A stretch of DNA of 64,000 bases, from the NCBI GenBank assembly GCA_008632985.1, contig QPGO01000024.1, forward strand, positions 1-64,000, given 5' to 3'. Of this stretch, positions 46,854 through 60,500 are shown one piece after another. Position 1 is the first letter of the stretch; each line of letters opens with the position of its first letter. The notes under the pieces were generated by a model that did no database searches, was not told the DNA's origin, and worked only from the letters and a program-made list of their open reading frames with translations. The stretch comes from Psammoneis japonica (taxonomy: Eukaryota). The translations under genes and the position numbers were made by a program.

Positions 46854-49649
46854 ATGGAAGCGTCGACGAGTCCCGAGCAGGCGGGCGGTCTTAGTACCTG
46901 GTATGTACGCGCGAAATGCGCGCACAAACAAACGGCTCCTTTCTCTCGTCGCACAAAAACTTTGGAAAGAGATCAGATCTGCCCAATGACGATCATCAAC
47001 GCCGAAAAGAGCACCCATCTCCAGCAAGTGAAGGCCTTCAAATACAGAGTTATGTCCTCGGACGGAGTCACTTGGTTTGTGAAGTGGCTGAAAACTGTGG
47101 AAGACGCCACGACGCCAACTGTTGAACTCCGTGAAGACTACGACGAGAGTTTGAGGGATTCATACAGCGATGGGCACTGGAAGCCCGCATTCGAAACATT
47201 TCGCACCACCAACGCCTTCAAAGCCGACTCGAGTGCCGAGTTTGGACTACTGAAATATGTTGGGGGCACACGTGCCAATCCAGACAGCGGAAACTGGCTC
47301 TCATATCTGCCAGTGGACCGCTACCATGACGAAGCTTCGAGAAAGGAACGAGCCGGGACATTCTCCGACATCACAGAACTCCGCCAGGCGCTGGAGGCCG
47401 AAGGGTACTACATCCACAAACAAGCGTTCTCTCTCCTCAATACGCGCCATGCCAAACCACATACGGTTGTCCCCGCGAACGCCAACCGCTCCATTCCAGA
47501 ACTCGCCCTCCCCCCTCTTTTCACCCAACGTCTCCCATTTGCCACTAATCCAGCTTCAACGTTGAATCGGTGCGCAATATGCATTTCCATATCAACTATG
47601 GAAACATTACCAACAACAACGCCAACGACTCTTCTTCTGCGACGAACGACAACGGGGATGGTCGGCAGGAGCAGCCGCCAGCCGGGGATGGTCGGCAGGA
47701 GCAGCCGCCAGCCGGGGGAACCCCGGCCACCCGGGAGGAAATTCAAGCAGACCTCAAGAATTTGAGAAAGGAACTCCGTGAGGATCAGGAGGTTCTTGTA
47801 CAAAAATGCACCCCAAGACCCCCTCGTCCTGCCGCATCCACGCCCACAATGTCTCCAGTCAATCTTGCTAATCGAATGCAAGACTCTCCCCAAGAATCCA
47901 ACCATGGCCGTGACGTTGTTATTCATGATGAAGACTTTCTCAAGAAACTGTATCAGATGCGTATCAATGGTGTTAGCGACATGCATTGGAATCAAGTCCA
48001 AGATATGGACTTTGAATACCCAGGGGCAATCGTTGTTTACAACATTACCGAACAAGTCCCCTCTCTGCTTGAAACTAGCTTGAAAGCTCCAACGGAGGGT
48101 CAAGATCTCGTCGGAATCGGCACCAAGGTCATCCTCGGAAGCGATTACAAGTCGGCAGCCTTCTTTGTCCATAATCCCTTCAACGGAAAGAATGATTCCA
48201 GCGACACAGATTCGGATGATGACGAGTCCATCGATTCCAATGATTGCGATACCGGAGAAGACATGGAACTGTTCGGGGCACCGGGCCTGGGATTGACCCA
48301 ATCGCAAGACATCCATGTCACGTTTGGATCCGGGACAGCAATTCTCCAAGTCGTCAGCATCGAAGGAATTGATGCTATGAAAGCTATGCTATCCGCTGCA
48401 TTGGTGGGCCTCGCACGCGTCTCTGGAGCATCCGAGCTAACTATGACGACGAAGCTGAACAAGCCACTCCCTACTGTCACGACAGAGGCAATGCGCGCCT
48501 ACGGGACACGACGTGCTGATTCCCACGATTTCCTAAACTGTCTTCGTGAAGACGCTCATAATGGAAGATACTATTTTGAGCCCCTTGATGTGCTCGAGGT
48601 GCCCCCTCATTTTTGAGGAGTGTAAATACTCGGATGAAGGCGAATGCTTCGCCAATGACCCTGCATTTATCCGGAATGGCACTGGCGATCCCAGCAAGGA
48701 AGATACGGGTAGTGGCCATCGTATTGCAGCTCATTTTATTCGTTCATGCCCTAATCTCAAATTTCTTATGCAAGGGATGCAGCACGCTCACTTCAAAAGC
48801 TTGACTTTGGATGGAGTCAAGATAAGCGACCCCGACGACTTGAAGTGCCTTTTTCAGATTTGTCGGGCGGCCGCAGAGCGGGGCTTTCAAATCTTGACGG
48901 ACGATGTCACCCCAGATTCTGACTTTGTGATGCTCAAGGGTCTCTTCATGCCCCTTCGCTCAATCGTTCGCAAAAACCAAATGATTTATGAATACGCCAC
49001 TGGCCAAATCACGGAGGATCAATTCTATGACGGTATTTCGAAGGCAAAGGCCGCAAGGATTGGTAAGAACGAAAGGGTTCCGTCTGTCGGAATCCCGAAC
49101 ACCCCAGTGACTGTCCGCGAATCTGTGCCACAAGTTGGACCCAAACGTGAGACGGAAGTAAGCAAGAATGGCAGCGAAAACAGTGCTCGTTTCGACAGCA
49201 TCAACACGATCGACAGCGATGGGTTTCTCGACGAGAAGGTCGGCGGAAAAGTAATCGCATCCTCTCCGGTCCAGATCAAGAAAGCTCCAGTATCCGTCGT
49301 GAAATCTATCAGTCCAACTGATTTCGAATCTAAAGACGCGAAGAAAACGAGAAAGATGGGGATGGAGAATGGCGTCCGCTCGGAGAACTCCAGCATCGTC
49401 GATTGTACGACGAATAGAAATGAGAATCTCGTCGACGCGAAGGCCAAAGGCAAGACAGTAACGCTCCCCCGGGCTTCGTTGCGTGCACCCACCGCGGCTT
49501 CAGGACATAGCAACAACGATTCGGAACTGATTGATACAGTAACTCCTGTTCCAACTGGACGTTGTCACGGCAAAACCAAAACAGGACGCTCATGCAGAAG
49601 GTCGGCGAGAGACGGCGAGATCTTCTGCTTTCTACACCGGGATGGCTAG
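46854..49649 (+). CDS. Orphan ~880-aa protein with C-terminal C-x9-C-x10-C-x2-H zinc-finger-like motif; predicted intron 47405-47553 and frameshift near 48604
   Basis: A GT..AG intron at 47405-47553 joins ORF 46770 to ORF 47570 in frame (..LEAEG|FNVESVRN..). Removing one C from the C5 run at ~48602-48606 joins ORF 48546. The protein ends CHGKTKTGRSCRRSARDGEIFCFLH. Confidence 0.6.
47654..47713 (+). repeat. In-frame 30-bp tandem duplication (GDGRQEQPPA x2)
   Basis: ggggatggtcggcaggagcagccgccagcc at 47654 and 47684. Confidence 0.95.
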
Positions 49650-50449
49650 GTCTATCGAATCATATCATAGAATGAAATGACGAGGAATATCAAGTGGCTT
49701 TGTGCACGACGTTTTAGATACAAACATAATACACAGTAGGATGAGTAACTAGTTGTATAGAAGTAATATCCAACCAAGCAAACAGATTAACCGGGATGTC
49801 CTAGAGTGCCCTTTTGCCGGGTACCGCCAGCTGGGCGTGGGCACAAGCCGTTTCACAAGGGTCTCGGTGCGAAGTGTTGGAGGCTTTTTAAGAAGGAGTT
49901 TTCACTCTGATCTATTCTAAGTAATGGAATGTGAGTGGTAGATAGGCTAGATACACGAAATGAGAGAGAATACAGCAGGCAACCGCTTGCTTTCCGTCCC
50001 AGCTCCGTGATACGGTAGATACCACGTGTAAAAATTAACCCCCCGTTTTAAACCAAATACCCACCTCGATCGTCTAATAGTATCCAGATACAAAGTTCTG
50101 CGCACTTTTGGGGGCCTAGAAGGGGGTGAACGTTTGTTACGAACCAATCACTGCAAATTGAATCTCGCACTTGCCCGTGTAATAAAGGTGATCCACGAAA
50201 AGTTAGTTCAATTTTGAAATACCAGATACCATGAGCAATACATACCTGTTACATTCGCGCAAGACATCGGTTTAAAGAGTATGAGACCGCTAATGCTCAT
50301 ATCTTGTGTATTTTGTGCTCTGGCAGGGGTCAAAGTCTAGCAGCTAATTCTACCGGCAAGAAAAATGTTGAGTCGAATGGATCATGCGGGATTCAAGACA
50401 CGTGACTCGCTGTACGATGAAGTGTTGCCGTCGCCCTGATTCATTCTAC

Positions 50450-52690
50450 TTGGGACTCTTTCGTCCAAGAAGAAGGCTTTGCTCAAGGTTGCCCTCTTGG
50501 CCCCATCTTCGCCAGCCTTGTCCTCTTGCTTGTCCTTCATCTGTCAATCAAGAACTCCGTGAACGCATCCCCGGCCGCTCTCCTGCTTCCGTCGGCTCCT
50601 GCGTTGATGGTGCCCACGCTTTCTTCCCTCACTCTGTTCTCCCATGGTTCTTCGAACGTTTCTCCACTCTTGGCACCCCCTGCGGCATCACCCTCCTCAA
50701 CCTCTGTAAAACTAAGATTCTCACATCCATCACTGGTGTCAGTCCCATTTCCCACCCTTCCTCCTTCCCGGGCGGATCCTCTCCGCGCCGCTCTCTCCCA
50801 TCTCAGCAACCCTGCGAATGATCCTTCCTGCACCTCGGAACTCACCTCCGGTGTCTGCTTCCTTGGTCAACCCCTGGGCTCCCAAGACTTTGCTGACTCC
50901 TTCCTCTCTGCCACCTCTTCCACCCTCTCCAACAAAGTCGGCATGCTTCTCACCCGCCTCCATGACAAGCAAGCTCAAGCACAGCTCTTCAAACACTGTT
51001 TCGCTCCTTCCTCCACTCACCTGCTTGGCACTGACTTCCACCACAACCTCAACCCTGACAACCCTCCTGATCCCTTCCTTGGGACCTCCTCCTTCCAAGA
51101 CTCTCTTGTCACCACCACTCATCGATTTCTCCACTGCGCTGCCTCCCATGCCGCTCCTCTTCCCGGCCATTCTCTTGCCATTGCCTTCCTTCCTGCTTCG
51201 CTCGGAAGCTTTGGCCTTCAAGACCCAACAGCTGCCGCTGTTCCATCATTTATGGTCTCTCTTCTTTGCTCCTTCTGTTTTGCATTCCATGGTGTCCAGC
51301 TGCCATCAGGTGTCGCCGTCGCTCTTCCTCGCAGCTTTCGGCTTTCTTTGTCTTCTTGGCACAATCCCCACTCGATGCTGTGTCTCTGCCTGATCTTTTG
51401 CTGCTGCGCTCCTGTTCTTGCCTCTGCTTCCACTCTTTCTGCCTCCTCTCTGACCACTCTGGTTAAGTCGGCTGCCCTTCCTGGCCTGGCCCACGATCTC
51501 CATCATGACCATCAACAGCAAGTCATCACTTCTGCTCTTGTCAATGCTCCCTCCAACAATCAAGTCTCCCCACCCTCACTGCTGTCTCCACTTGCTGGCC
51601 TTCCTCTTCATCCCCATTTCCATTGCTTCAAGAGTTCCTGCCTTGCTTCTGATGCCTGCATCATTGCCACTCAGCACAAGCTCTGTCTTCCCATCCTTCC
51701 CTCCTCTCTTGTCAACACACCCTGTCCCTGTGGCCATGCCACCCTTGATGTGCCTGTGGTGATCACGCCTTCTCCTGCAGTTGTGCTCACAAATCCAAGC
51801 TTTCCAATGGCCTCCAAGACACCCTCTTCATTGTCGCCCAGACCTTGGGACCCCCCGCCCAGCTCTGTCATTCTTCCAATGACGTGCACCTCAATCCCAC
51901 AAATCTGCTCCCTGCCTGTGCCCACTCCACCCTGCCAATGTCAGCATTTCCATCCTGCCTCCCGCCTCTCTCTCTCTCTCTCTCAGCTCCTTCCCACCAT
52001 CACTGTGTTGCAGTTGATGCAGCCATGCCCCAAGATCCCTCTTGCTCTCCTCCTGGTCTGCCTGCCCCCTCTTCCCCCACATTGACTGAGGCACACTGTT
52101 CAAGCCCGAGATTGAAGTTTCTTGGCCCTTCCGCTCCCTCCACTGATGAACCTCCAGTTGTTGCTTCTTTCAATGCCAATGGCATCTTTCTCCTCCCTTT
52201 TGCCATTGATCACCTTGGCGTTCTTGGATTCTTCACTCACCGGCTCCTTTTTGGCTCCACATTTTCCTCCGTCTGCTCTCAACCCAAGCCTCCCTGGTCC
52301 TCTTCACCCAACCTTCACCACTCAAATGTTCCTGCTCTGCCTTCCTCTGTGCCCTGTCATCTCCATCTTCCCTTCTCCCATCTGCTGACTTTGCCAGGTG
52401 CGGCCTGCCCACCAAGTGCCTCGGCAGCACATGTTGCACCGCCTCTCCTTCTCAATGGGCTGTCCACACCCTCAGATGCAACATTGTTCTCCACCTCTCC
52501 ATGCATGCTCTCTGCTTTGCCTCCTCTCTCCCTGCCCCCTCCTCTCCCATTCCCTCTGCCAAACACCCCACGTCCTGCATTTTGCACCCACTTCACACTC
52601 TGCCATCACTGCAGCTGCTTCCATGCCTCCTTCTGCTGTTCCTTTCCACTCTGCACAGGCTCTTTAACTCTGCATGCCAGTGTAAATTGA
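50450..52690 (+). mobile_element. 5'-truncated non-LTR retrotransposon of the RLE (CRE/R2-like) type, degenerate
   Basis: FVQEEGFAQGCPLGPIF (RT QGxPL), SCVDG (YxDD site), KTKIL, GVCFLGQPLGSQDF, LPASLGSFGLQD, CPCG..LD..GDH.F.C knuckle, and FLLPFAIDHLGVLG (restriction-like endonuclease end). Confidence 0.85.
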
Positions 52691-53929
52691 CCTGTTCTCA
52701 ACACCAAGATTGGATGATGATGGCATCATCACAAACCGATTCCATGGCAGCAATGCCCCACTTTCTGGTTTGTCTTTGAGACCTCGTGACAGCTGTGTTT
52801 GACCTCTTCATGACATGAACAGGCTGAGCAATCCATGAATGCTCATTTACAAGCCGCACTCTTCTATTTTCAGATTTGACATTTGTGTCTTTGCGGTCAA
52901 TCTAGAGCACATGCAGGCCAGGGAGGAGCCAAATTCACTGACATTTGTTGCTCTGTAGAATGACATCATCAGAACAATTTTGTCAATGTTGTTTGACTCT
53001 GCTTTTTCCTTAAACCACACACCAACTTCATTCTTCATTTTCACTCTCATCCACCCAACTTTGTCCAACTCAGGAGCACTTGGCTGAGTGCATTGCAGTC
53101 GCTTTGTTCTTCAAAAACATTTGTCTGTTCAACGCCATTGATCAAACAGGTTTGATGATGTGATGATGATGTTGGATTTGTCAATGTGCTCATGCTGGGA
53201 AAGACAACAAAAGAGCTGACTGCAGCAGTGGCAAGAAAGTTCAGTCAGACAGCAAGCAACACGTTCCAGATGCAGGTGGGAATCCGTGTGACATTGCTGG
53301 GCCCGCAGAATTCTGCATGCAAGCTCTGCAGCAAAATTGTCAGGTGATTAACATGTCAATGATTGCCAACAGAAAATGAGGCAATTTTGCGAATGCACAA
53401 ACTCGTCCATGATTGAAGCACATCATTTTTTACTTGGCCAGGTGCACTCTTCAGACATTGAAGAATGTGCCTGGTGCATTGATGTTCCCATGATTTTGCC
53501 AAATAAAACATCTGGGGCTTTGCAAAACAGCAAGTCTAGAACATTTTTTTTGGAAGATCACACATGGAAATGCACACGCGAAACATGCAACAGATGACAA
53601 AAAACAATTGTGTCACACATCAGCACTGCAAGCTCCCACCCAGCATCAGAGCGGGGAGCAATTCACCCGGGGGCCGCCTTTGATTTTTATTGTGGGTTTT
53701 GGGTTCATTGCATTTGGGGCTCAGCCACATTGCAATGAATGAAGCAACACCCATGTGCTCAATTTTTAATTTGGTTCCTTCATTGATGCTGTGGGTCAAT
53801 CACAGACAATTCTGCTGCTGTTTCATTTTTCATTCGCCCTCCCCCAATGCATCAGTGCTCCTTGCTGTTCATTTTTAATGCACCCATTCTTTTGATTCCA
53901 CTTGTTTTCAATTCGCCAATGTGTTGCGC

Positions 53930-56100
53930 CAAACATTTAAACTGCTGCCTGTTGTGGTGCGTCCGCCACCCACAAATCCATGTCTTTGATGTTCTCCTCT
54001 TCATTGTCTCCTGCTTCCAACTGTTTGCTGTCATTGTCTTGGGTCTCTTCTGTCCTGTCCATGCACTCCCAGAACTTTCTCAACCAAACTTTGTTGCACT
54101 CATCAGCATGTTTGCTCAATCTCTTTTTGTCAATTGCACTTCCCAGTTTTTTGCATCTGTCCAGTCCCTTCTTGTTCCAACCCTGTTGACCCTTTTGCAC
54201 TTGACTTGTTTGATTGCCGTGCTTCTTGCTGCCTTTGCTGCACTTTGCCTCCGGAATGCGCCCCGCCTTCTTTTCCACCTTCAACTCCTCCTTTGTTTTG
54301 TTGTCATGCATGTGCACCCACTTGCTTGTCCCAATTGTTCTCTGACACCAGCAGGCCAAACGCTTCATTGCTCGCAGATGCCANGAGGCGGGCATGCATG
54401 AAGGCTGCAACGGCCAAACCAATGCTAGTCACTCTAGAACAGCAATGGAGACTTGTTACCCCAATGAAATAAAATCTACTTTCCCATGATAAATGGCAAA
54501 GCTAGTTCTTCCTATTGGCGTAAACTCTCTAGCTGGCCCACTGTACTTTTGAGGCTTGGTTCGCTGTTTGTGCACGGTGCACTGGCTTTCACCCTCAAAA
54601 TTTATTGTATTGGCTGACAATGCAGGCAAATGAGTCACATATTTCTAGTTTGTAAACTACCTTATAGAATAAAGAAACAATCCACCCCTTCATAATTGCC
54701 ATGGTGCGTTTCTCTGTCGAATAAAACTCCGCATCACCTTCTGGATGCACGTCAAATGCGCGGCAAAATTGCTCGACGACAAATCTGAGCTGTTAAGAGC
54801 TTGAACATCTTCAGACACCACAGACCCAAGCTTCTTTATTTATCATGAAGTCATCCTGATGCTGCACCTGTGACTTGGACTTGTCGTCAGACTGCCGTGG
54901 CCGTTGCAAGGTAGAAGTGACATTCAAAGCAAGCATTTCTCTCTCAGGGATGGCTCATGGCAAGGGAGACCCTACAGAACAAAACAACAATGAGGAAAGA
55001 CAACATGTGTGTAAGTTGAAAGAATTTGAACGTATAAGTGCTCAACGAAATGCACAGCATGAATGGTGATGCATAAGTTGCGTGTTGATGCAACAAAAGC
55101 GGCGGTGTCAACACCAATCTTCAGNNNNNNNNNNNNNNNNNNNNNNNNNNNNNNNNNNNNNNNNNNNNNNNNNNNNNNNNNNNNNNNNNNNNNNNNNNNN
55201 NNNNNNNNNNNNNNNNNNNNNNNNNNNNNNNNNNNNNNNNNNNNNNNNNNNNNNNNNNNNNNNNNNNNNNNNNNNNNNNNNNNNNNNNNNNNNNNNNNNN
55301 NNNNNNNNNNNNNNNNNNNNNNNNNNNNNNNNNNNNNNNNNNNNNNNNNNNNNNNNNNNNNNNNNNNNNNNNNNNNNNNNNNNNNNNNNNNNNNNNNNNN
55401 NNNNNNNNNNNNNNNNNNNNNNNNNNNNNNNNNNNNNNNNNNNNNNNNNNNNNNNNNNNNNNNNNNNNNNNNNNNNNNNNNNNNNNNNNNNNNNNNNNNN
55501 NNNNNNNNNATTGTTCTCTGCACCAGCAGGCCAAACGCTTCATTGCTCGCAGATGCCAACCTGTTCAAGCAACATCTTGATTTGAGCCAATGCTTCCACA
55601 TTCTCTTTCCCACCACCATTGGCAGGAAGTGAAGGATGAAGTGGCTGTGGGCATCCATGTCATCTCTCACCTTTAGCATGTTGTCCAGTGAAGGCATCTC
55701 TGCACTTGCATCCACTTGTGTGTTTCTCTTGTTGTGATCAATGTGCCCTGTTCACTCATGCAACACAAAGCAACAATGTGTGAGTGTCGCTGCATTGTCC
55801 CACAACCTCTGCCATCCATTTTGATGCAGTGCTTGTGGAAGAACTCTTTCTTAAGTTCCCCACACATGTTGTTCCTCTTTCTTGTTGTCTGCCTTTGCAC
55901 CTTGTCCTTTGACAAATTCTAGAATTGAGCTCTTTTTTCTTGGGGCACGTTGATTTGGTGAGCACAATGTCAGCCACTCTGCCATCGCAATTTTTTGTGG
56001 CCTTTTTGTTCAGGAACTTGCATTGTCTGAACAATGCATTCTTGCAGAAGTTGTCCAAAACAATCTTGTCCCTGTTGTCAATTTGTTCATTGCGTTGCTT
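53930..56100 (-). pseudogene. Degenerate accessory ORF of a large DNA transposon, split by an insert and an assembly gap
   Basis: LFRQCKFL...RKRNN..., FLPMVVGKRMWK...ASASNEAFGLLV, then EAKCS...QGWNKKGLDRCKKL. This resembles the SDEAF.LL...KYT...GW...G..RY..L pattern I associate with ORFs accompanying Plavaka-like elements. Confidence 0.5.
55125..55509. other. Assembly gap (N run)
   Basis: Run of N bases. Confidence 1.
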
Positions 56101-57649
56101 CTTCCTTCTTTTCTGCTGGTCATGTCATCTTCTGTGCCGGATGAGGTCACAGTCCCACCTGTCACAACTGATCCACCTCCTCCTGTTTGCATCACAGTTC
56201 TCACCGGCACATCCTCCTGTGTTGCGGCCAACCCATCCTGTCCCTGTTCCCACTGCAACAAGCAACAATTTTGGTGAGTCATCTTCAATCACCACTTGTG
56301 TTGCTCCGACATCTCTTGCCTCATTTCTCTGCGGGCTTTGGAATGGTGCACTCGCTTCCCTTGGGCTTGGCATGGCGGAGCATGCATTTTGACCAGTTTG
56401 CAAAAAAGTGACATTGTTCACATGCCGCATTGCAAATCATCCAGCACTGGGCCCCACGACGGTCCACTGATGCACCTGCCACTTGTGTGCATGTTGCCAT
56501 GCATTCCTGTGTCTGCTTTCTCTGTTCAAAAATCTGGCACGGATTCTCATTGGTCAGATTCATCTAAATGTTTTGCAGGTTCACAGGAAAGCATGTGTGA
56601 TGCATGTGGTTTGTGCGATGATGCACTCGAACAACTCCCAGCATCTGTCCCCCACCTCACCATGGTGTGTTCGTGCTGGTCCCTGCCAAAAAACATGAAC
56701 TCTGTTTTCAACAGACATCACATTCCCAATTTGCTCTCCACCCCAGAGCCAATGTCCACACATGCACAGCAAATGCACAAACACACAACAACGTCTCCTG
56801 TCAGATCCTGTTTGCCATTCTGGGCTGGCCTGGTTTGCAATGGGATCAACGACCATGAGCTCCAGGCGCCCTTCAAGCCATTCCCATGTGCCTCATTCCA
56901 ATCGGGGGATGGGTTGCCTGCAACACCAATGCACCCACTCTCTCACAGTTTTGACATGTGACCAGTCTCCCTCTTTGCATCCTGGCCTCACTTGCAACAT
57001 TTTGGCACTTTGTCCCCAATTCTTCCTGGTTGAATTGTCTGTCACATGCACCGGGGTGAGAAAGGATGCAATCGTTGTCCCCTCCCCAAATGAGATGCAC
57101 CAAGTTGTCTCACTCCTTCCCCCGTTTTGTGCAGTCATCAACCACATGTTCTCCATCTTTGTGTGTTGAGAACATCCTTGTCAATGGCAGGCAGGCTGGA
57201 TGGATTGTTTTTGCACTGGCAGCTCCTGCATCCTCATGTCACAAATTGCTGATGGTGAGTGGGAATGTGCCTTGTTGCTTCCACATGCCTGCACAGGTCT
57301 GCAAGTGTCTCCATGCTGCTGCCAACATGAATGGTTTCTTCTTTGCCCACAAGATTCATCAGCACAAATTTCAGTGCCCGTTCACACACCATTGTCCTGT
57401 CTCTTTCTTTGCTGCATTGACAAGATGTTGTCAAGTTTTGTGTTTGCATGTCCTGCCGGCATCTGCTGCATGTCAAAGAATGGTTGGGAATTTCCGCTGA
57501 CACATGTGATTCCCCACTCATGACTTGGATCTTCAATTCACTGATGTGGATGATGGAGCCCACACAAATCCATTGCCTCTCACCCGGATTCTGCCACCTT
57601 GACCACAATGACATCCACACCTTCAATGATGGCCTGGTAAATTCTCACC

Positions 57650-60500
57650 ATGCCATTGCAACAACAAGGAGGGTTCTGCTGCCCCAACCTTTTTTGCATC
57701 AAACTGCCTGGTGTTGCACTCCCCTCACAGATTGCTCTAAGGTGTCACCTCAGTCACTTCAATGCTGCAACCAATGAGTCCAGTGTGGCTTTGGAAGCAT
57801 CCTCTTTGCCTCCACCAGTGAGGCATGTTGGGCAAGACGCAGCCTCAGATGGTGGCAGCGCAGCAGACTCAATTGCACAACAGGAAACCCTTCCAGGCGA
57901 CAACTCCTTCATGGACATTGACGAGGGGGACGCAGACGCATTTCTCATCATCTGGCAGATTCATGATGTTGAGGATGGAGAACTCCTTTCTTCTCATCCC
58001 ATGGAACCTGCTTTGTCCCCTCACCAGCTGGAGCTGTGTTGTTCTACAAGGATTGCCTCCAACCAAAGAATCCCAGACAAACTGCTTGTTCACTGGAATC
58101 CAGTGGAGGAAGCGCCACTGGGTCCAAGCGGGATGTCGTCTGTTTCTTCTGAAGAGGACCCCAACACAGACTCTAAAAACACCTTGCGGCACATTGTGTG
58201 TCTCGATCCACCCTCAGATGATGAAGACAAGGATGACAACCAACCAAGAAGAGGTCCCTTGGTCCCCCCCGGCTGGAATTCACAAGCAAATGTTGTCACC
58301 AGACTTGTCATCTGAACCCAGGTGCAGCACGTTGACACCAGCATTGCACTCCAAGAATGAGAAGCATTTGTTGGAACAGCTGCGCATTTGCAACAACATG
58401 CGTGCTCCTAAAAAACATTTCCAAGACATGATGGGTTGAGCACGCAATGCCCTGGATGACCAATTTGATTTCACGTGCTGCTCGGGTGACAAAGACAAGT
58501 TTGTCAATCAATTGCAGGAAACATTTGGCCTTCCTCCACCCACCACAGTTCACATCGTGCAAGAACATGTGGGAGGAACCCTGCTTCATCTTCACTTGGT
58601 TGATGCAGTTGTTTGGGATGCGGCATCACAGACACAGTGTCTGTTGACCAACCAAGAGTTGATGTCACCCAAAAACATCGCTTGCAACAACATGCAAAAC
58701 CCGTGCCAACTGCACAATGCCAGCGATCACACCATGAAGCTGCAGGATGGATTTGTGTTCCAGGAAGCACAGATTCGTCTGTGCCACCATCACAAAGAGG
58801 ACTCAGTCATCAGTGTTTTGTTGCACACAGACAAGACATGGGTGACACAAAATGGGAGATTCGCTTGCAAGCCTGTGGTTGGCACGTTGTCTTGCCTCAC
58901 ACTTGCAGCTGGGAACCAACCCAAAGCATGGTTTGCACTTGGTCACATGACTTTGATTGGGCTGTCATCATCGGAAGTCACCCAGTTGGGCTGCACTCAT
59001 GCAAAGGCCCTTGCCGGTGTGCAGTGCAGGAACTGCCACACACAATTGGAGACAACACGCAGAAGTCTCTGTGCCACCCATCAACAACTGGGCCCAACTG
59101 ATGCAAATGCTGCTGTGTTTCCATGCCAGGACAAAGAGGAAAGATGGTTTCTGGAATGCCAACAATGTGATGTGCAGGGAAACTTGAGAGGAAAAGGCAT
59201 CAGAGTCAATTGCCACAATGACAAAAGGCACTCTTGAAATGGCCCCTTGAATGAAAATTGGCAAAAAAGTGGCAAGTTGAAGCTGAAGGGCAATGGATGG
59301 GACCTCCAAAAAATTGAACGCATCGAGCACTTGCCCCAGAAACACATCCAGGTGTGGATTGCTGGATGGATGCAGAGCTGATCAGATGGAAAGCAGCCAC
59401 AAGCACTTTGCAAAGGACCCGGTGTTGCAAGCCCAGAAGCGTCACTCCTCTTTTGCAATGCAGACAGCAAAGAACCTGCAAGGAAAGATGCACGCCATGA
59501 CTGCAAGGTCTGCTTTCAGTCTCGACACAAATGACTCCAAGCCTGAAACCAAGGAGCACAAGGAGAAATGCCACCAAGTTGCAAATGGTGTTTCAGGGTC
59601 CCGTGCAGGAATTGTCAGTGGAATTTTGCATGGACATGACAGAGCGTGCCAAGACCTGGGCACATGAAACCCAGGAATGGTTCTTGAAAACAAAGGGAAT
59701 GGAGCTGCCTCTGTTGGCAACAAAATGTTTGTGCCACACTGCAAGGAGGCATTGCCCAACTGCCACTCATGTGATTGGGTCCACAGAAGTGCACATGGAT
59801 GGTGTTGGGAGAGTCAGGGCTCACCCAAAATGCCACTCCAGGAAACCAGTTTGTGACTGGGTAAAAATTGCTCAGAAATGTCAAGGGAGGGAGAGTCTTG
59901 TTTTGGGGATGGCAGTGTGCTTTTTGATTTGCATGGAAAATGAAGAACTTGATGATCCGCTGGCCTTGGTGCGCCGATGCAGCCGCCATCTACAGAGAGA
60001 CACCAACCAATTCAAGTCAACCACTTTGGAGCAACACATGAAATCTCACTCATCCATTGGCGAGCCATTGTTTGATCTTGTTGCGGTCTCCTCGATGCAA
60101 CAAAAGGTGCCAGTGTTTGAAGACAACCCCTCACTGAAAGAAGAAGAACCAAGATGGGACGTGAAAACCCAAGCACAAATGGGAGTTGACATCTGCAAGA
60201 TGCACAAAATGAAAAGGGAGGCAACCGATGGCTGCGATGGTTCCCATCACATGGTTTGCACCAATCTGCGCAAAGTTCAGGATGAGGGGAGTTGTCACTG
60301 ACACAACTGTTTGTCACTCTCCCATTTTGGCTCCATGTGAACGTCCGGCTTGGTTGGCATCATGGCTGGCAAAAAGGACATCACACATGCAAAAACACTC
60401 ATCATTCCAAACATTGTGTGGAGGTTGCAGCATCTGGCGATGCCAAGCATGCTGTGAAGGCGGAAGACTCCTGTTCTTGTCCCGGATTTTCCTGTTGATT
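57650..60500 (+). mobile_element. Degenerate Plavaka-like (CACTA-related) transposase
   Basis: ISVLLHTDKTWVTQNGRFACKPVVGTLSCLTLAAGNQPKAWFALGHM corresponds to the Plavaka I.Y.DKT....G....EP...TL.......N...AW..LGY motif; C-terminal GRVRAHPKCHSRKPVCDWVKI corresponds to RAHP.Y....WYDWV. Confidence 0.72.

Noticed and set aside
864..48610. Frameshifts in the C2, TGS1, ST7-like, GLDH, NBAS and orphan genes read as pseudogenisation or programmed frameshifting
   Set aside because: They are single-base indels, mostly in or beside homopolymer runs, in otherwise intact conserved genes. The assembly also has stray n bases and a gap, so sequencing error is the simplest explanation.
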